Source of the DNA: an uncultured delta proteobacterium
GTDB lineage: Bacteria; Desulfobacterota; Binatia; UBA9968
Assembly (NCBI GenBank): GCA_963737905.1
Contig: CAVTUQ010000026.1
Span: 32,001 to 96,000 of the forward strand
Direction: 5' to 3'
Length of the DNA: 64,000 nt
Below, piece by piece: positions 62,153-64,000 of the stretch (its first letter is position 1; each line of letters opens with the position of its first letter). A program made the position numbers and the translations under genes. Under the pieces are notes generated by a model. That model was not told where the DNA came from. It did no database searches and saw only the letters and a program-made list of their open reading frames with translations.

Positions 62153-63360
62153 TTAGTACAGTACTTTTTCATCTTCGAGTGCAGCAATTTCCTTATCGCT
62201 CAGGCCAAGGAGTTCCCGGGCGATCTCGTGCGTGTGCTCGCCCATCATCGGGGCGAGGCCGCGCACCTTGCCCGGCGTTTCAGAAAAACGCATAGGAACG
62301 TTTTCAGTCACCACGTCGCCCGCTTCCGGCTCTGTCATATTTACTAAAAAGCCGGTGGCCGCATATTGGACATCGCGTTTGAACTGGTCTTCGACGTCTT
62401 GCACGACGGCCGCGCAGACGCGGGCTCCTTGCACCAGGTTCATCACATCATACGGGTCATGTTGCAGGGTCCAACTCGTGACCCATTTGTCTAGTTCTTC
62501 TTTGTGCCGCACGCGGCCGAGATGGGTGGCAAATCTTTCGTCTGGTTTCAATCCCGATTTTTGCAATAAAGCCGAGAAACGCTCCCATTCGTCTTGAGTA
62601 TAAACCGCGATGACGCACCAGCGGTCATTGCCCATACACTGGTAAGGACCGTAAGGCGCCGCGACCAGGCTGCGATTACCCTCGGGTTTGGGCTCTCTCT
62701 TATTGACCGAATATTCCAGATATTTCGGACCGAGTAGCGATGCGCCGATCTCGACCTGGGCGCTGTCGATCCATTGGCCGCGTCCGGTTTTCTTGCGCTG
62801 GATCAATGCCAGCACGACGCCGAAGGCGCCGGTCACACCGCCCATAAAATCCGGATGCTGGGTACGCGGCTCGGCTGTCGCTGTGGTGGCGTTGGCATAG
62901 TTCCAAAGGTACGTCGTTGCCATGGTGTTGCCGACGTTCGGGCCGTAGGTTAGATCGGCGGCGTGGGGTCCGCTGCAGCCCATGCCTTTAACGCGGATCA
63001 AAATACAAGACGGATTAATCTCCTTGAGCTGCGGCCAATCGAGTCCCCACTTTTCTAAAATACCCAGACCATAATTCTCCACCAGTACGTCGGAGATTTT
63101 TACCAACTCTCTGACGAGACGGCGGCCTTTGTCGGTTTGCATGTTGACGGTGAAGGATTTTTTTCCGCGCTGCAGCTTCATGAAATCGGGATTTTTGTTC
63201 CACTTGGCGGGGTCTTCGCCGCGATGGCCGTCGCCGCGCAAGCGCGTTTCACAGCGAATCACTTCGGCGCCGAACTCGCAAAGCACGCGTGCCACCGTGG
63301 GGCCGGCGGCACCGGTGGTCAATTCGACGACGCGTATTCCTTCCAAAGGCAGCTTGCCAT
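62153..63360 (-). CDS. Family III CoA-transferase (CaiB/BaiF), probable 1-nt slip near the start
   Basis: LEGIRVVEL, GAEVIRCE, DVLVENY, HPDFMGG, TGRGQWID, APMMGEHT. Confidence 0.92.
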
Positions 63361-63503
63361 AATCGCCTTAATCCTCTTCAGATTTCGTTACAATTTCGCT
63401 GCGGACAACTGTCACCTGAACGAAGTGAAGAATCTCAGGTGCGATCATTCTTCGCCTGCGGCTTAGAATGAAGGGACTGATTGAACGGACTAGTGGAATC
63501 CCA

Positions 63504-64000
63504 TCAGATCACTCCACTCGCGCGCAGGGCGACGAGATCGTCGTTGCTCATGCCCAGATCTCCACAATAGATTTCCTTGTTATGCTCGCCGATCAACGGC
63601 GCCGCGCGCGTAATCCGCCCCGGCGATTCGCTGAGTCTCGGGACTGGACCGAAATGCAGGTATTTGCCGATCACAGGATGTTCCATCTCGACGAATGTTT
63701 CGCGGGCTTTTACCTGGGCGCTATTCATAAACTCACCGACGGTGTTGATAGGCGTAACCGCGATGCGCCGTTTTTGGCCTTCCTCGTAGAGCTCTTCTTT
63801 CGTGTGACGGCTGCAGAATTCCGTGATCGCCCCAACCACGATCTCCGGATTTTTCCGCCGATACGCCATCTTTTCGAACTCGGGGCCTGAAATGGAAGGC
63901 GGCCGTCCCATCCAGTCCACTAACCGGCGCCATTGCTCGACCGGGATAATAAAGATACGCGCGTAACCGTTTTTCGTCGGGTACGGGTCGTAAAGATCGG
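63504..64000 (-). CDS. Family III CoA-transferase, C-terminal part (runs off window)
   Basis: PYPTKNGY, FVEMEHPVIG, AAPLIGEHN, LRASGVI. Confidence 0.88.
   Translation of the reverse strand, partial: DLYDPYPTKNGYARIFIIPVEQWRRLVDWMGRPPSISGPEFEKMAYRRKNPEIVVGAITEFCSRHTKEELYEEGQKRRIAVTPINTVGEFMNSAQVKARETFVEMEHPVIGKYLHFGPVPRLSESPGRITRAAPLIGEHNKEIYCGDLGMSNDDLVALRASGVI

Noticed and set aside
1-64000. tRNA, rRNA, prophage or intact IS element
   Set aside because: No recognisable structural RNA, phage, transposase or integrase sequence was found by eye.

Overview
This is a GC-rich bacterial accessory region with no rRNA, tRNA, CRISPR array or intact transposase/integrase that I can see. The gene repertoire (many orphan solute-binding proteins, LLM oxidoreductases, cupins, CoA-transferases, multi-GAF kinases, palindromic intergenic repeats) suggests an uncultured Candidatus Binatia-like deltaproteobacterium; that assignment is inference only. 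Many genes carry 1-nt indels, which may be long-read consensus errors, so pseudogene calls are provisional. The dominant structure is two giant cytoplasmic histidine kinases built from about 500-nt GAF modules: 21421-27887 with 11 GAFs and 30561-36099 with 9 GAFs. Their junction sequences are near-invariant while the GAF cores vary strongly. They follow a two-type module order, share a near-identical terminal GAF-HisKA-HATPase output with an apparent gene-conversion tract, and flank one stand-alone receiver protein. This looks like a recombinable modular sensor-array system. Other notable signals are about 8-9 toxin-antitoxin-like two-gene modules, degenerate integron attC sites around 9.9-11.7 kb, many orphan gene fragments, three sigma54 promoters plus an NtrC-family activator, an in-frame solute-binding-protein/kinase chimera, an orphan atypical UbiD, twin signal-less arylsulfotransferases and a LigB-LigA-type dioxygenase pair.
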